Shown: positions 54,157 through 64,000 of the stretch, one piece after another
How positions within the stretch are numbered: the stretch's first letter is position 1
How the letters are laid out: the number at the start of each line of letters is the position of its first letter
Origin: an uncultured virus (IMG/VR IMGVR_UViG_3300027877_000003)
Lineage: Duplodnaviria > Heunggongvirae > Uroviricota > Caudoviricetes
Direction: 5' to 3' (one strand)
Virus record (IMG/VR): IMGVR_UViG_3300027877_000003
Length of the DNA: 64,000 nt
Program-made: the position numbers and the translations under genes
Notes under the pieces: generated by a model
What the model was told of the DNA's origin: nothing
Database searches by the model: none
Seen by the model: only the letters and a program-made list of their open reading frames with translations

Positions 54157-55422
54157 ATGAATCAATATCCAATAATAACTAGCGTAGGAATAGAAATTGA
54201 AATTGAAAATGTTAGTGTTCATAAATTAGGAAATAGAAATTTAATTTCTGATAATATTCAATTTCATTTAACTCATGATGCTAGTTGTGAAACTAATAAA
54301 AGAGTTTTAAATGGATTAGAAGTAGAATATGATGATGATTTATCCTATTTAATGAATATGATGTTAAGAAAAGAAACTTTTGGAGGTGAATTAGTTTCTT
54401 CAGTAATAGATACCGAAAATAATTATTTAGGAGATTTAAAGAAAATAACAAAAACTCTTTTAGATTTAGGCGAAGAACCAAAATCTTTTAGAGCGGGTTT
54501 TCATATTCATATTTGTTTACCAATTAGTTTAGCAATCCTAAAAAATACAATGAGATTAGCAAGGCATTTAGAACAAGTTTTTTATTTATTAGGTACTGCT
54601 GGTTATGAATTTAGAGGAATTAAAAATGATTCAATTTATTGTCGTCCAATAACTAAAAAAGGCCCGGTTGTAGTTCCATTAAGTAAAGGATTTGCACAGG
54701 TATTTAATATCACAGATTTATTAAAATCTAATTCTGTAATTGAATTTAAAGATAGATACGGAGATTTAGATCAATTAATGACTAGATATATTCCAGTAAG
54801 ATATCATTTTATTAATCTTGTTCCTTTATGGACACAAGGAAGTGTAGAATTTAGAGTATTTAATAAAACAACTAATCCATTTATTATGAAAGCATGGATA
54901 GATTTTTGTAAAGGAGTTGTTGAATATATTGTTTCTACATCATTTAATGATTTAAAAGATGAAGGATTTTTAAAAGAAAATTCAGTTTTTGATGTTGATT
55001 TTGATTCTAGGGAATATATTATTGAAACATATAAAGCTTTTACTACTAAAATTAAATTGGATGAAAGATCGGATGAAATTTTATTAGATATTTTAGAAAG
55101 AGGAGATTTAAGTTCTATTGCATTACCAAATGAATTTGTTTATTCTCATTTAGGTGAAAGATCTATGATTCATTGGAGAAATAGTACGTATAAACCAGAA
55201 TTAATAAAAGAATTTATTAAGAATCCAACATTTGTTGATGTTCATATTTTAGATAGAACAAATCAAACTTTACAAAGAAGAATAGGAAGGGAAGGAAATG
55301 AAAATATAGATATAACAAGATTAAATCCTGATTGGTTTACTTTATCAACAAATACTGATGAAATTAATGATCAAGAAGATGATGATGAAGAAATTTTTAA
55401 TTCAGAAGAAGAAGAAGAATAA
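54157..55422 (+). CDS. Putative amidoligase (glutamine-synthetase-like COOH-NH2 ligase, Amidoligase_2-like)
   Basis: SVGIEIE, THDASC, GGELVS, AGFHIHI, RYHFINL, SVEFRVFNKT. Confidence 0.8.
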   Translation: MNQYPIITSVGIEIEIENVSVHKLGNRNLISDNIQFHLTHDASCETNKRVLNGLEVEYDDDLSYLMNMMLRKETFGGELVSSVIDTENNYLGDLKKITKTLLDLGEEPKSFRAGFHIHICLPISLAILKNTMRLARHLEQVFYLLGTAGYEFRGIKNDSIYCRPITKKGPVVVPLSKGFAQVFNITDLLKSNSVIEFKDRYGDLDQLMTRYIPVRYHFINLVPLWTQGSVEFRVFNKTTNPFIMKAWIDFCKGVVEYIVSTSFNDLKDEGFLKENSVFDVDFDSREYIIETYKAFTTKIKLDERSDEILLDILERGDLSSIALPNEFVYSHLGERSMIHWRNSTYKPELIKEFIKNPTFVDVHILDRTNQTLQRRIGREGNENIDITRLNPDWFTLSTNTDEINDQEDDDEEIFNSEEEEE

Positions 55423-55434
55423 AGGAAAAATAAA

Positions 55435-56322
55435 ATGTATAATTTAACTTTTGGAGCAGATCCCGAAGTATTTGCCACTATTAATTTAAATGGAGAATAT
55501 GAAGTTATTTCTCCAGCTCTATTAAATAAATTTAGTGGCATGGAATTTATTACAAAAGATTACAAACATCCTACATTTATAGAAGAAAAAGATTTTATTT
55601 GGATGATGGATGGAGTAGCAACAGAATTAACATTAAATAAACCATATCAAGATCCATTTTTAATGAAAAACGATTTACTTAACAGTTTAGATTCATTGCA
55701 AGAATTCTTATCTAAATTATCTTTTGAAGGAAATGATCTTCACTTATATAAAAAACCAGTAGTAAAAATTAATCCAGAAAGATATTTACCTTATTTAGAA
55801 GATGAGTTAATTTATCAAGGATTTATTTTTGGTTGTGATCCTGATAAAGATGCTATTTTACCTGATTATAGATGTCAAACATTTAAAGTAAAAGATCATA
55901 AATTAAGATATGGAGGAGGACATATTCATTTAGGATCAAATGATTTAGAAATTAGAAAAGCAATTAAAGAAAATGTACATAGATTAGTACATTTAATGGC
56001 AATTGGAGTAGGAAATTTATGTATTTCTACTTCTGTATTTCCTGAAGAAGATAAATTAAGAGTATTTCATTATGGAAAACCAGGAAGATTTAGAGATGAT
56101 AAAGAATATGGAATAGAATATAGGACACCAAGTAATAGTTGGTTAAGTAATTTAGATATCTTACCTCAAATATTTGAAACATGTAATAAATGTATTTATT
56201 ATTTACTACGTGAAAAAGAAGGATTGGAGAAAACAATTCAATTATTGCCTAAAACTATAGAATCTATTACTACTGCCAATCAAGATTTAGCTGAAAATTT
56301 ATATAAGGAATTTATGGAGTAA
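55435..56322 (+). CDS. phiEco32-like COOH-NH2 ligase type 2
   Basis: TFGADPEVF, DGVATEL, FGCDPD, RYGGGHIHLG, YGKPGRFR, YGIEYRTPSNSWL. Confidence 0.85.
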   Translation: MYNLTFGADPEVFATINLNGEYEVISPALLNKFSGMEFITKDYKHPTFIEEKDFIWMMDGVATELTLNKPYQDPFLMKNDLLNSLDSLQEFLSKLSFEGNDLHLYKKPVVKINPERYLPYLEDELIYQGFIFGCDPDKDAILPDYRCQTFKVKDHKLRYGGGHIHLGSNDLEIRKAIKENVHRLVHLMAIGVGNLCISTSVFPEEDKLRVFHYGKPGRFRDDKEYGIEYRTPSNSWLSNLDILPQIFETCNKCIYYLLREKEGLEKTIQLLPKTIESITTANQDLAENLYKEFME

Positions 56323-56329
56323 ATTTAAG

Positions 56330-57373
56330 ATGGATATAACTTTTGACTATCAAACAATTTCAGATAATAATTCTCTTTTTACCGCATTGCTTTTTGAGGG
56401 AGATTTATTTTTACACCTGCCATATACATTTTATTTATATAATGCAGATAATATAGCAATCGTAGAAAAAATAGGAAAAGAATATAAGTTTAAATTAACA
56501 ACTTTAATACAAACAAGTAGAGATAATATTCTAAAAGAAAAAGATACTTTTATAAATAATTTAGAATCTTATTCTGATGCAACTAAATTTTTACTTGATT
56601 TGAACAGGAAACTTGTAATTTCTTATTATAAAAAAGATGGGAGTTATTTATATCATCCTAATTTATTTAGTAAAATTCCTCCAACAGAAAAAACTGGTTC
56701 TTTTATTCTTAGAAGTGAACAAGATAATAAACTATATAAAATATATAAAAGGACTTCTTGGAATTTAGTAGTTTATATGGCAAAGTGTATAAAAGAATAT
56801 CAATTAGATTGTTCTAATATTATCAAAAGGGTAAATGAAAATTCGATAAGTCTTATTTTACAAATGCTTGCTAAGAAACATTCATTCTTTATTTGTAAAT
56901 CAGACGTTGATAATTTTTATTATACAACCCTTGTAAAAATGTTACAATCTCCTTATATGAAAGAAAAATCTATAGCACCTTTTCCTTATTTAGAGGAGAA
57001 AAGTTTAGAAAAATTAAATAAAACAATACAAAAAAGTCTATTTAAACTGGAATCAACAAACGAGAAAGAAGATATAATAGAAGGAAAAGAAAAGATTTAT
57101 CTTTCAAAAGTATTGAAAAATGGATTAGATCCTCATTGGAGATTTGAAAAAGTACAAATTGATATTAATGTAGGAAAAGATATAGAAGAAATGTGGGTAA
57201 GTAATTCATCATTATATGTTTATATTTCTACAGGAATTCTAGATGTAAAAAATTATGAGGAAAATTATGATTTGTATTTGGCAGATTTAAAGAAAAGATT
57301 GAATTTTGAAAAAGTAACGTTAATTGAATCAAATGATGATCCTGATGTAGATACTTTAGCATTATTAATGTAG
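56330..57373 (+). CDS. Hypothetical protein
   Basis: 347-aa ORF with GGAG RBS, no motif recognised. Confidence 0.6.
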   Translation: MDITFDYQTISDNNSLFTALLFEGDLFLHLPYTFYLYNADNIAIVEKIGKEYKFKLTTLIQTSRDNILKEKDTFINNLESYSDATKFLLDLNRKLVISYYKKDGSYLYHPNLFSKIPPTEKTGSFILRSEQDNKLYKIYKRTSWNLVVYMAKCIKEYQLDCSNIIKRVNENSISLILQMLAKKHSFFICKSDVDNFYYTTLVKMLQSPYMKEKSIAPFPYLEEKSLEKLNKTIQKSLFKLESTNEKEDIIEGKEKIYLSKVLKNGLDPHWRFEKVQIDINVGKDIEEMWVSNSSLYVYISTGILDVKNYEENYDLYLADLKKRLNFEKVTLIESNDDPDVDTLALLM

Positions 57374-57385
57374 GAGAAAATTAAA

Positions 57386-58120
57386 ATGGAAGTGAATTTT
57401 TATTACACTCGATCAAAAGAATTTCCATATAGAAGTTCTTTTATACAAGCAATTAATTCTAATGAGAATATAGTAGAAACTGTAAGTGTAGAACAAACTA
57501 TAATATCAATTTTAAATGGAGATATAGATGCCAATCATATTTTTTGTAATGCATTTTCAAATTTTTGTAGGGAATTACTTTTAGAAGATGCTAAAAAATG
57601 CTTTTCCTTATTAGTTAATTACAATTTTTTTAGAATGGCTTATGCGAAATTTCCTTTTTCACTTAATCATCAAGTTTATGGTATATTTCGTCCAGAAGAA
57701 AATTTAATTAATCTTAGAAATTTAAAAAATATTGCCGATATCTCAATGATATTTTTCCTTCATAAACATTTAAGAACGTTTACTGATGAAAAAGACATTG
57801 TACGAGTAATTTTAGAAAATAGTTATGAATGTTTTTCTCATCCATTGCAAAAAGCTTTAACTGCTTACTATTATTTTACTAGATATAAATATCCAGAACT
57901 TATTAAAATATGTCGTTTAGATAATATAGATGGGCCGACTACTTATATGGAAGATGATTTGTTTTTAGATAGAAAAACAGGTAAAATAGGAAATATAACC
58001 TTTTTAGAATTTTGTGTTCGTTATAAAAAAGAATTAACTCCAATCCTTAAGCAAGAGTTTAAATTATATTATAAAATAGATACTTATAATGCAATGTTAG
58101 AAACTATAAGAGGTGTCTAA
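57386..58120 (+). CDS. Hypothetical protein
   Basis: 244-aa ORF with AGGAG RBS. Confidence 0.6.
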   Translation: MEVNFYYTRSKEFPYRSSFIQAINSNENIVETVSVEQTIISILNGDIDANHIFCNAFSNFCRELLLEDAKKCFSLLVNYNFFRMAYAKFPFSLNHQVYGIFRPEENLINLRNLKNIADISMIFFLHKHLRTFTDEKDIVRVILENSYECFSHPLQKALTAYYYFTRYKYPELIKICRLDNIDGPTTYMEDDLFLDRKTGKIGNITFLEFCVRYKKELTPILKQEFKLYYKIDTYNAMLETIRGV

Positions 58121-58480
58121 ATGTTAAGGCACACTAAATGCGGAGAAATGGTCGTTATAAATTTAAATGAATTAATTTCTTTAGATGGAATTGGAATTAT
58201 AGGATCTGATTTAAACATTGTAATTGGCAAAATATATTTCAAAACTAATAAAAAGAAATCAACTAAGGTTAATTTTGTATGTCAACATTGTAAAACAGAA
58301 AATCTTTCTCTAGAAGAAATTTATGATAGTTGTAATAATTGCAGTAGAAATAATATCTTAAGTTCTTTATTTATTCCACTTGAAAGTGGAGGACTTTTTT
58401 GTGACAAATGTATAGTTAAATTCTTTAAAGAAGAAAAAACAATAAATGTTACTGAAATAAACGGAGTAACAATTCCTTAA
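58121..58480 (+). CDS. Zinc-finger protein
   Basis: HTKC, CQHC, CNNC, CDKC (two potential Zn sites). Confidence 0.6.
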   Translation: MLRHTKCGEMVVINLNELISLDGIGIIGSDLNIVIGKIYFKTNKKKSTKVNFVCQHCKTENLSLEEIYDSCNNCSRNNILSSLFIPLESGGLFCDKCIVKFFKEEKTINVTEINGVTIP

Positions 58481-58489
58481 GGAGATTAT

Positions 58490-59650
58490 ATGTGCGAATT
58501 AACTTTTATCAATTTACATAATAAAAATATGAATTCGATAGAGCTAATCACTCAATTAATTACAAATTCTTTTCTAGATAATAAAGACGGGTTTGGATTT
58601 TTCTCTCAAAATACTGGAATTTTTAAATTAGAAAAAAATCTAAGAGAAATAGAAATTGGGCCAATTGTTAGAAATTTTATAAAAGATGATTTACCTATTT
58701 TAGCACATATTAGATCTGCATCTTTAACTGATGGGAAAAAAGAAGTTAAACAAGAATTTAATCATCCTTTTGAATCAAAGCATTTTATTTTTGCTCACAA
58801 TGGTACTTTAGAATTTAAAGATAAATTTCTTCAAGAAAAAAATAAAGAGAATTTAGATTCATTAAATTTCCTAAATAGAATGGAAGAAATCTTATCAACA
58901 AAGAAAAGAAACTTTCCAATAGAAGAATTGTTAGTAGAAACAATGAAAGAATTTACTGGAAAATTTGCTTTTCTTATTTTCGATAAAAGAGATAAAAAAT
59001 ATTATGCGGCAAGAGGAAAATTAGCTAAATTAGCTTTAGCTTTATTTTCTTGGGAAGAACTTCCTATTGGCTATATTATAAATACATCTCAATTAGATTT
59101 AGATAAAAATTTAGATTATTTTGAGGTTGTTACATCTTTATATGGAGAAGGTAAATATGATTTTATTAAATTCTCAGAATTAAAAGAAGAATCCATTTTT
59201 AGACTTGACGATTTAGAGGTTGTAAATATCGGTGAAATTAAAGAAAATACAAAAGAATATGTTGGAGTAAGAGTTCCTTATAATCGTGTTAATAGAAGTT
59301 ATTATGATATTTATGATGAAGAAGATGATGGTGATTTAAACTCTTTTTTTACTGACAAGTATAATTCACCTTTAGACATATCAGAATTAAATTATCTAGC
59401 TAATGTAATCTTTAAAACACCATTGATTTATTTATCTGATATTGAATTGGATGATGTATTAACTGTGGTAAAAGAATTAGAGCGTAGTAATTCTAATCTA
59501 AAAGCAAAACTTTGGAGATTAATCTTAAAATATAGTAACATTAGTTCCTTAGAAGTTTATAAGACATATCCATTTATAAATTTTCCTTACATGTTAAATG
59601 AAACTTCGGATTTAAGAGAGTTAGCTAATTTACTAAGGAAAAAAGTATAA
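58490..59650 (+). CDS. Class II (Ntn) glutamine amidotransferase
   Basis: N-terminal MC, NKDGFG, LAHIRSAS, NHPF, FAHNGTL, LDS. Confidence 0.88.
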   Translation: MCELTFINLHNKNMNSIELITQLITNSFLDNKDGFGFFSQNTGIFKLEKNLREIEIGPIVRNFIKDDLPILAHIRSASLTDGKKEVKQEFNHPFESKHFIFAHNGTLEFKDKFLQEKNKENLDSLNFLNRMEEILSTKKRNFPIEELLVETMKEFTGKFAFLIFDKRDKKYYAARGKLAKLALALFSWEELPIGYIINTSQLDLDKNLDYFEVVTSLYGEGKYDFIKFSELKEESIFRLDDLEVVNIGEIKENTKEYVGVRVPYNRVNRSYYDIYDEEDDGDLNSFFTDKYNSPLDISELNYLANVIFKTPLIYLSDIELDDVLTVVKELERSNSNLKAKLWRLILKYSNISSLEVYKTYPFINFPYMLNETSDLRELANLLRKKV

Positions 59651-60381
59651 TGTATATATTAACTAAAAGATTTTTATTTCCGTCTGCCAGGATTTTAAGG
59701 GATTCATTACAAGAAATTACAAAGGAAAAAATACTAATAACAATTGATCCAACTAAAGTAAAACAACCTTTTATTAGATTTGGTAATTCAGATCTATTAC
59801 CATTTGAAACTCAATATAATTCTGCTAATTTTGTTAAATTTTGTACAAATAAATTAAATTTTTCTAAAGTAATGAAAGAAAATAATATTCCTTCTCCAGT
59901 TTATAATAAAAATAAACCAGAAGAATATCCAATCTTAATCAGACAAACTTTATTTGGATCTAGAGGAAAAGGAATTGTTTTAGTAAAAGATGAAAATACT
60001 TTTCAAGATATTTGGAACATGAGTTATTTTTGGACACCATTCTATAAAATTGATTTTGAATTAAGAGTACACATTCTTGGAGGTAAAATAGCAAAGATAT
60101 TCAAAAAAGAATTGGAAGAAGATTCTGAATATCCCATAAGAAATAATGAATTCTGTCACTTTGCAGTTAAAGATTCTATTAAATTTCCAAAGCTATTTCC
60201 TTTTGTAGACACTCTTATTCAAGTTCCAGAAATAAATTGTGGTAAATTTTATTCTTTAGATGTAGGATGGGATAGTTATAATAAAAATTATTTTGTATTT
60301 GAAATGAATTCTGCATCAGGATTAAATGAAAACACTTCTAAATTATATGCTGAATATCTAGCTAAAGAAATGGAGTTATAA
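59650..60381 (+). CDS. ATP-grasp ligase (RimK/YheCD-like)
   Basis: NKLNFSK, YPILIR..GSRGKGIV, ELRVHI, IRNN, LDVGW, FEMNSASGL. Confidence 0.82.
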   Translation: MYILTKRFLFPSARILRDSLQEITKEKILITIDPTKVKQPFIRFGNSDLLPFETQYNSANFVKFCTNKLNFSKVMKENNIPSPVYNKNKPEEYPILIRQTLFGSRGKGIVLVKDENTFQDIWNMSYFWTPFYKIDFELRVHILGGKIAKIFKKELEEDSEYPIRNNEFCHFAVKDSIKFPKLFPFVDTLIQVPEINCGKFYSLDVGWDSYNKNYFVFEMNSASGLNENTSKLYAEYLAKEMEL

Positions 60382-60382
60382 A

Positions 60383-60586
60383 ATGTATGAAGTAATTGAA
60401 ATAAAATCTAGAGATTTTATAAGTAAACTATTTTCTAAATTAATTAGAATTGAGTTTCAAGTAATAAATGATAAACTTCATGGAAAAGTTACTACAATTG
60501 GTATTGATATTTGGAAATTTTGGTTATATATTTGGATTAAAGATGGTAGTAGTCCAGAAATAGAGCTTTTCTTTAATGCAGAGTAA
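60383..60586 (+). CDS. Hypothetical protein
   Basis: GGAG RBS, 67 aa. Confidence 0.5.
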   Translation: MYEVIEIKSRDFISKLFSKLIRIEFQVINDKLHGKVTTIGIDIWKFWLYIWIKDGSSPEIELFFNAE

Positions 60587-60625
60587 TATAAACTATAGTT
60601 TATTAGTATAAAAAAGGATTAGAAT

Positions 60626-61447
60626 ATGACAGCACAATTAGTAAAGAGATATTTAGATAAATATTTTATAGGACAGGAGTTAATTAAACAAGAACTAAGT
60701 ATTTTATTACAAGCAATGGTTAATGGATATAATTTTTCTATTTTATTTAGAGGAGGATCTGGTTCTGGAAAAACTTATTTATCAGAAGTTTGTGTAAATT
60801 ATCTATTAATTAAAGCGCATGAAGATTTTTCTTATTATTTAATGGATACAGATAATTTTAGATTAACAGATAAAAGGATACATATCTTAGATGAAGTACA
60901 TAAATTTAAAGACCAAGAATTAATTTATCCTTATTTAGATAGTGGAAAGTATACAGTTTTTATATGTACCAATGAATATGATGAATTAAAAGATCCATTA
61001 ATTAGAAGGTGTATAAATTTCACATTCGAATCTTATTCGATTGAAGAATTAATGCAAATGGCACAAAAATATTTTATGAAAAGAAGGGTAGAATTAAAAA
61101 CTTCTTATTTAGAAATAATAGTTTCATCTTCCAGATTTAGTCCGGCAAGTGTTTTAATGTTAAGTAAAAGATTATTTTACATCTTTAAACAAGAAGGAAT
61201 TCCAACTAATGAATTAAAATTATTAGAATTAATTTCAAAGTATTTTAAAATTGAGGAAGGATTATCCGAAGTTGATAGAGAATATTTATCTTTTCTAAAA
61301 AGAAATGGAATGGCTGGATTAAATACTTTAAGTGTAATCTTAGGAATTCCAAAGAAAATAATTACAGACGAAATTGAACCATTTTTAATCAAAAGGAATT
61401 TAATTAGAATTACCCCAAGAGGAAGGATTTTATATGAGTCTACTTAA
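60626..61447 (+). CDS. ruvB: RuvB-like AAA+ ATPase
   Basis: FIGQELIK, GGSGSGKT, ILDEVH, LKDPLIRRC, GLSEVDREYL, IEPFLIKRNLIRITPRGR (RuvB C-terminal winged-helix signature). Confidence 0.8.
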   Translation: MTAQLVKRYLDKYFIGQELIKQELSILLQAMVNGYNFSILFRGGSGSGKTYLSEVCVNYLLIKAHEDFSYYLMDTDNFRLTDKRIHILDEVHKFKDQELIYPYLDSGKYTVFICTNEYDELKDPLIRRCINFTFESYSIEELMQMAQKYFMKRRVELKTSYLEIIVSSSRFSPASVLMLSKRLFYIFKQEGIPTNELKLLELISKYFKIEEGLSEVDREYLSFLKRNGMAGLNTLSVILGIPKKIITDEIEPFLIKRNLIRITPRGRILYEST

Positions 61448-62084
61448 TTTGTTTCATAAAGATAATAATCTTTTAGAGGATATAGCAATTGCTACTTATC
61501 CATTTATGAATTCTTTTAGAGATGTTTTTGATCAACAAATTAATATAATTGGACATCCAAATTTCTTTAATGAAAATGCATTTAAGCTTGCTAAACTAAT
61601 TATATTTAGTGGAGGAGAAGATATTAATCCTGCTATTTATGGAAAGAAAAATACACATTCTCATTTCAGTCTATTAAGAGATCAAGTTGAATTAGAAGTA
61701 TTAGAAAGAAGTCTAAAAGAAAATAAAAAGATATTCGGAGTTTGTAGAGGACACCAATTAATAAATGCATTTTTAGGTGGAGATTTAATTCAAGATTTAT
61801 TCCTTGATTTAAAAATCGACCACGAATCATATCATCCATTAGAAATAGAAAATGAAAATTATTTGACTCCAAAATTCTTTGATTCAGTTAATTCTATGCA
61901 TCATCAAGGAGTAATAAAAGAAGGAAAAAATCTAATTCCAACAAGTTTTTATAAAGGAATAATTGAATCTTGTGAATCTGAAAATATAATTACTGTTCAA
62001 TTTCATCCTGAATTTATGGGAAGACAAAGTAAAGAATTTTTTTCCTATTTAAAGAATTGGAAGGATAAAGGAAAGGAAAACTAA
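61434..62084 (+). CDS. Class I glutamine amidotransferase / peptidase C26 (PuuD-like gamma-glutamyl hydrolase)
   Basis: SGGEDINP, RDQVE, GVCRGHQLIN, VNSMHHQ, VQFHPE (Cys-His-Glu triad). Confidence 0.88.
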   Translation: MSLLNLFHKDNNLLEDIAIATYPFMNSFRDVFDQQINIIGHPNFFNENAFKLAKLIIFSGGEDINPAIYGKKNTHSHFSLLRDQVELEVLERSLKENKKIFGVCRGHQLINAFLGGDLIQDLFLDLKIDHESYHPLEIENENYLTPKFFDSVNSMHHQGVIKEGKNLIPTSFYKGIIESCESENIITVQFHPEFMGRQSKEFFSYLKNWKDKGKEN

Positions 62085-62085
62085 A

Positions 62086-62391
62086 ATGTTTACAGTAGAT
62101 GGTTATAGAGTAAAATTTGAATATGCTAATATGATTTTACCTTTTGTACATCATAAAGATTTTATTAGAAAACCAGCCGATATTACTTTTTGTATAATTA
62201 TTTCTCCAGATAATACAGTACAAGCTTGCTGTCCGGTTGTTAGATATTATAAGGATCAAAATAATAGAAATAATGCAAGGAAATATTCTTTAACTCATGC
62301 ATTAGATATGTTATTTCCAGGAAAAGAAAATAAACAAATTCGAGCTAAATTTTGGAACGCTTATTTTGAAAAACTTGGAAAGGTAAAATAA
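62086..62391 (+). CDS. Hypothetical phage protein
   Basis: DQNNRNNARKYSLTHAL..RAKFWNAY pattern; AAGGA RBS. Confidence 0.6.
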   Translation: MFTVDGYRVKFEYANMILPFVHHKDFIRKPADITFCIIISPDNTVQACCPVVRYYKDQNNRNNARKYSLTHALDMLFPGKENKQIRAKFWNAYFEKLGKVK

Positions 62392-62395
62392 TAAA

Positions 62396-62854
62396 ATGAC
62401 TACAGGAATACAACAATTAGTTTTAGATTATATTCAAGAGGAAGATTGTTCACCATTAATATTTAGAAATAAATATACAAATCCAGACTATGAAGTAGAC
62501 AAAATTAAAGAAATGCCTTTAGATGATTTAGTATATGAAGTGGTAAAATTATCCAATACTTATAATTCTTATAACGCTATTTCTACTTATTTAGAAACTT
62601 ATAGAAACAGATGGCGATCTAGTTTAGATATTTGGAGACATTGTTTATACTTTAATAATGCAATTACTATTTTTCAAGTTATGGATTCTTTAGCTAGAAA
62701 TAGATCTTTATATAATGGACATTTTTGTGGAGATATAGAAAGAAGAGTTTTTCGAGCAAAAATTTATACAAGAGAAAGTACATTATATGATCATGATACC
62801 GATGAATATGGTTTACATTTATATGAATGGGAAGGAATACAAAATGGAAATTAA
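62396..62854 (+). CDS. Hypothetical protein
   Basis: 152-aa ORF, AAGG RBS. Confidence 0.6.
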   Translation: MTTGIQQLVLDYIQEEDCSPLIFRNKYTNPDYEVDKIKEMPLDDLVYEVVKLSNTYNSYNAISTYLETYRNRWRSSLDIWRHCLYFNNAITIFQVMDSLARNRSLYNGHFCGDIERRVFRAKIYTRESTLYDHDTDEYGLHLYEWEGIQNGN

Positions 62855-63188
62855 AACTATTTCTACAATTGATTATGATGAATTAGATAAAATGGTTAAT
62901 GAATTATTCCCGAAAAGTAATTTTGAATTTGTTGCAGATAATGAGGCTAATAATTATTCGGCATATCCTTTTAATGATGTAAAAAAAGAAGATTTCTTAA
63001 GGAACATGTTTCCTAAAGCAGAATTTGATGATCTTGATTATAGAGTAACTAAAAATAACTTTACTGAATTTCTGCAAAGAATTTCTGGAGAAAAGAATTT
63101 TCTATATCATGTATACGATATGATTCAATATTTAGTTTTCATTGGTAAACTTCCAGAAGGAAATATTTTAGTTGAGGTTTCTTGGTAA
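62844..63188 (+). CDS. Hypothetical protein
   Basis: ATG 62844 after AAGGA preferred over 62787. Confidence 0.6.
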   Translation: MEIKTISTIDYDELDKMVNELFPKSNFEFVADNEANNYSAYPFNDVKKEDFLRNMFPKAEFDDLDYRVTKNNFTEFLQRISGEKNFLYHVYDMIQYLVFIGKLPEGNILVEVSW

Positions 63189-63269
63189 TATAGAATACTA
63201 AAACTATATAAGTAGTCCAATTATTAAACAGGATTCTATTTTTAAAACTAAATTGAGTTGAGGAATAAA

Positions 63270-63683
63270 ATGGCAAGCATAGATAAAATTTATGGTACAA
63301 AAGAACAACACGATTTATTTTATAAATGGTGTGAAGAAAATTATCCTAAAGCTTTAAAATATTTCTATGATTGGGATTTAGAATGGAATAATAATTTAGA
63401 ACATCCAATAACAAATTTTCCTACAAAAATAGATATTTGGATGTATAAAAATTGTCCTTTGGAATTTGTTGTAGAAACTATTAAAGAACAATATGGAGGC
63501 AGTCCAAAAGAAAATTTAAATTATAACTTTATTTTTCCTTGGTATTCATCAGCAAGAGAACCAAATCTGTATTTTTGGTTTGAAATAAATATCTTAGGGT
63601 ATACTTTATTAGGATTAAATTTTGGATATAGATATTTTTGTTTCTCATTACTTGGATTTTATATTTCATTATGGAAGGATTGA
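63270..63683 (+). CDS. Hypothetical protein
   Basis: ATG 63270 after GAGGA. Confidence 0.6.
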   Translation: MASIDKIYGTKEQHDLFYKWCEENYPKALKYFYDWDLEWNNNLEHPITNFPTKIDIWMYKNCPLEFVVETIKEQYGGSPKENLNYNFIFPWYSSAREPNLYFWFEINILGYTLLGLNFGYRYFCFSLLGFYISLWKD

Positions 63684-63686
63684 AAA

Positions 63687-63845
63687 ATGATTCTAAAATG
63701 TACTTGCAAAAGTAATTATCAAGATAATTTATATGGAAAAGGATATAGAGTATTTACTTCTACAAAAGATGGTTATCGTTGTAGTATTTGTAAAAGAGAA
63801 ATTAAAGCTGGTTCAATAAAAGAAGAAAAGAAAGAAGGAAAATAA
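63687..63845 (+). CDS. Small zinc-ribbon protein (52 aa), not in the ORF track
   Basis: MILKCTCKSNYQDNLYGKGYRV..YRCSICK. Confidence 0.6.
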   Translation: MILKCTCKSNYQDNLYGKGYRVFTSTKDGYRCSICKREIKAGSIKEEKKEGK

Positions 63846-64000
63846 AATGATTACCGATCCAGATCCAAAAGATTCAGATTTAACTGATGAAGAAATAAAA
63901 ATATTATTAATTGAAGGCGGAGATGATATGTGATGTATAAATTACTGACAATTAAAGATATTACAGAAATAGAGTTTGATAAAGAACCTGATGAAGTATT

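Noticed and set aside
1..64000. Stop-codon reassignment
   Set aside because: Long genes are intact in code 11, coding density is high, and TAA, TAG and TGA all end genes next to downstream starts.

Overview
This window is 64 kb of an AT-rich tailed-phage (Caudoviricetes) genome. It uses the standard genetic code and is almost entirely + strand. Gene order: (i) a glycan-biosynthesis cluster at 1-3667 (cytidylyltransferase, GmhA-like isomerase, four glycosyltransferases); (ii) terminase large subunit, portal, protease/scaffold, decoration, major capsid and head-tail adaptor at 3671-10401; (iii) a 20-kb island at 10424-30463 inside the neck module, with a GT4, a BppU-N-like protein, four paralogous glycosyltransferases carrying polypeptide-GalNAc-transferase-like motifs, two methyltransferases and four large proteins with long alternating Ser-X tracts and lectin-like/beta-helix domains; (iv) a siphovirus-type tail module at 30463-47053, with a -1 frameshifted chaperone pair and a 1625-aa tape measure; (v) a holin-like gene and GH25 endolysin; (vi) a control region at 48900-51390 with convergent terminators, a short minus-strand operon, a perfect 38-bp palindrome and several direct repeats; (vii) small early genes, then a phiEco32-like amidoligase/COOH-NH2 ligase/GATase/ATP-grasp cluster containing a RuvB-like ATPase. 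The best candidate for a new system is the island: a phage-encoded O-glycosylation pathway that would build mucin/SRRP-like, probably chained, virion appendages. All functional calls come from motifs read by eye. No database search was run.
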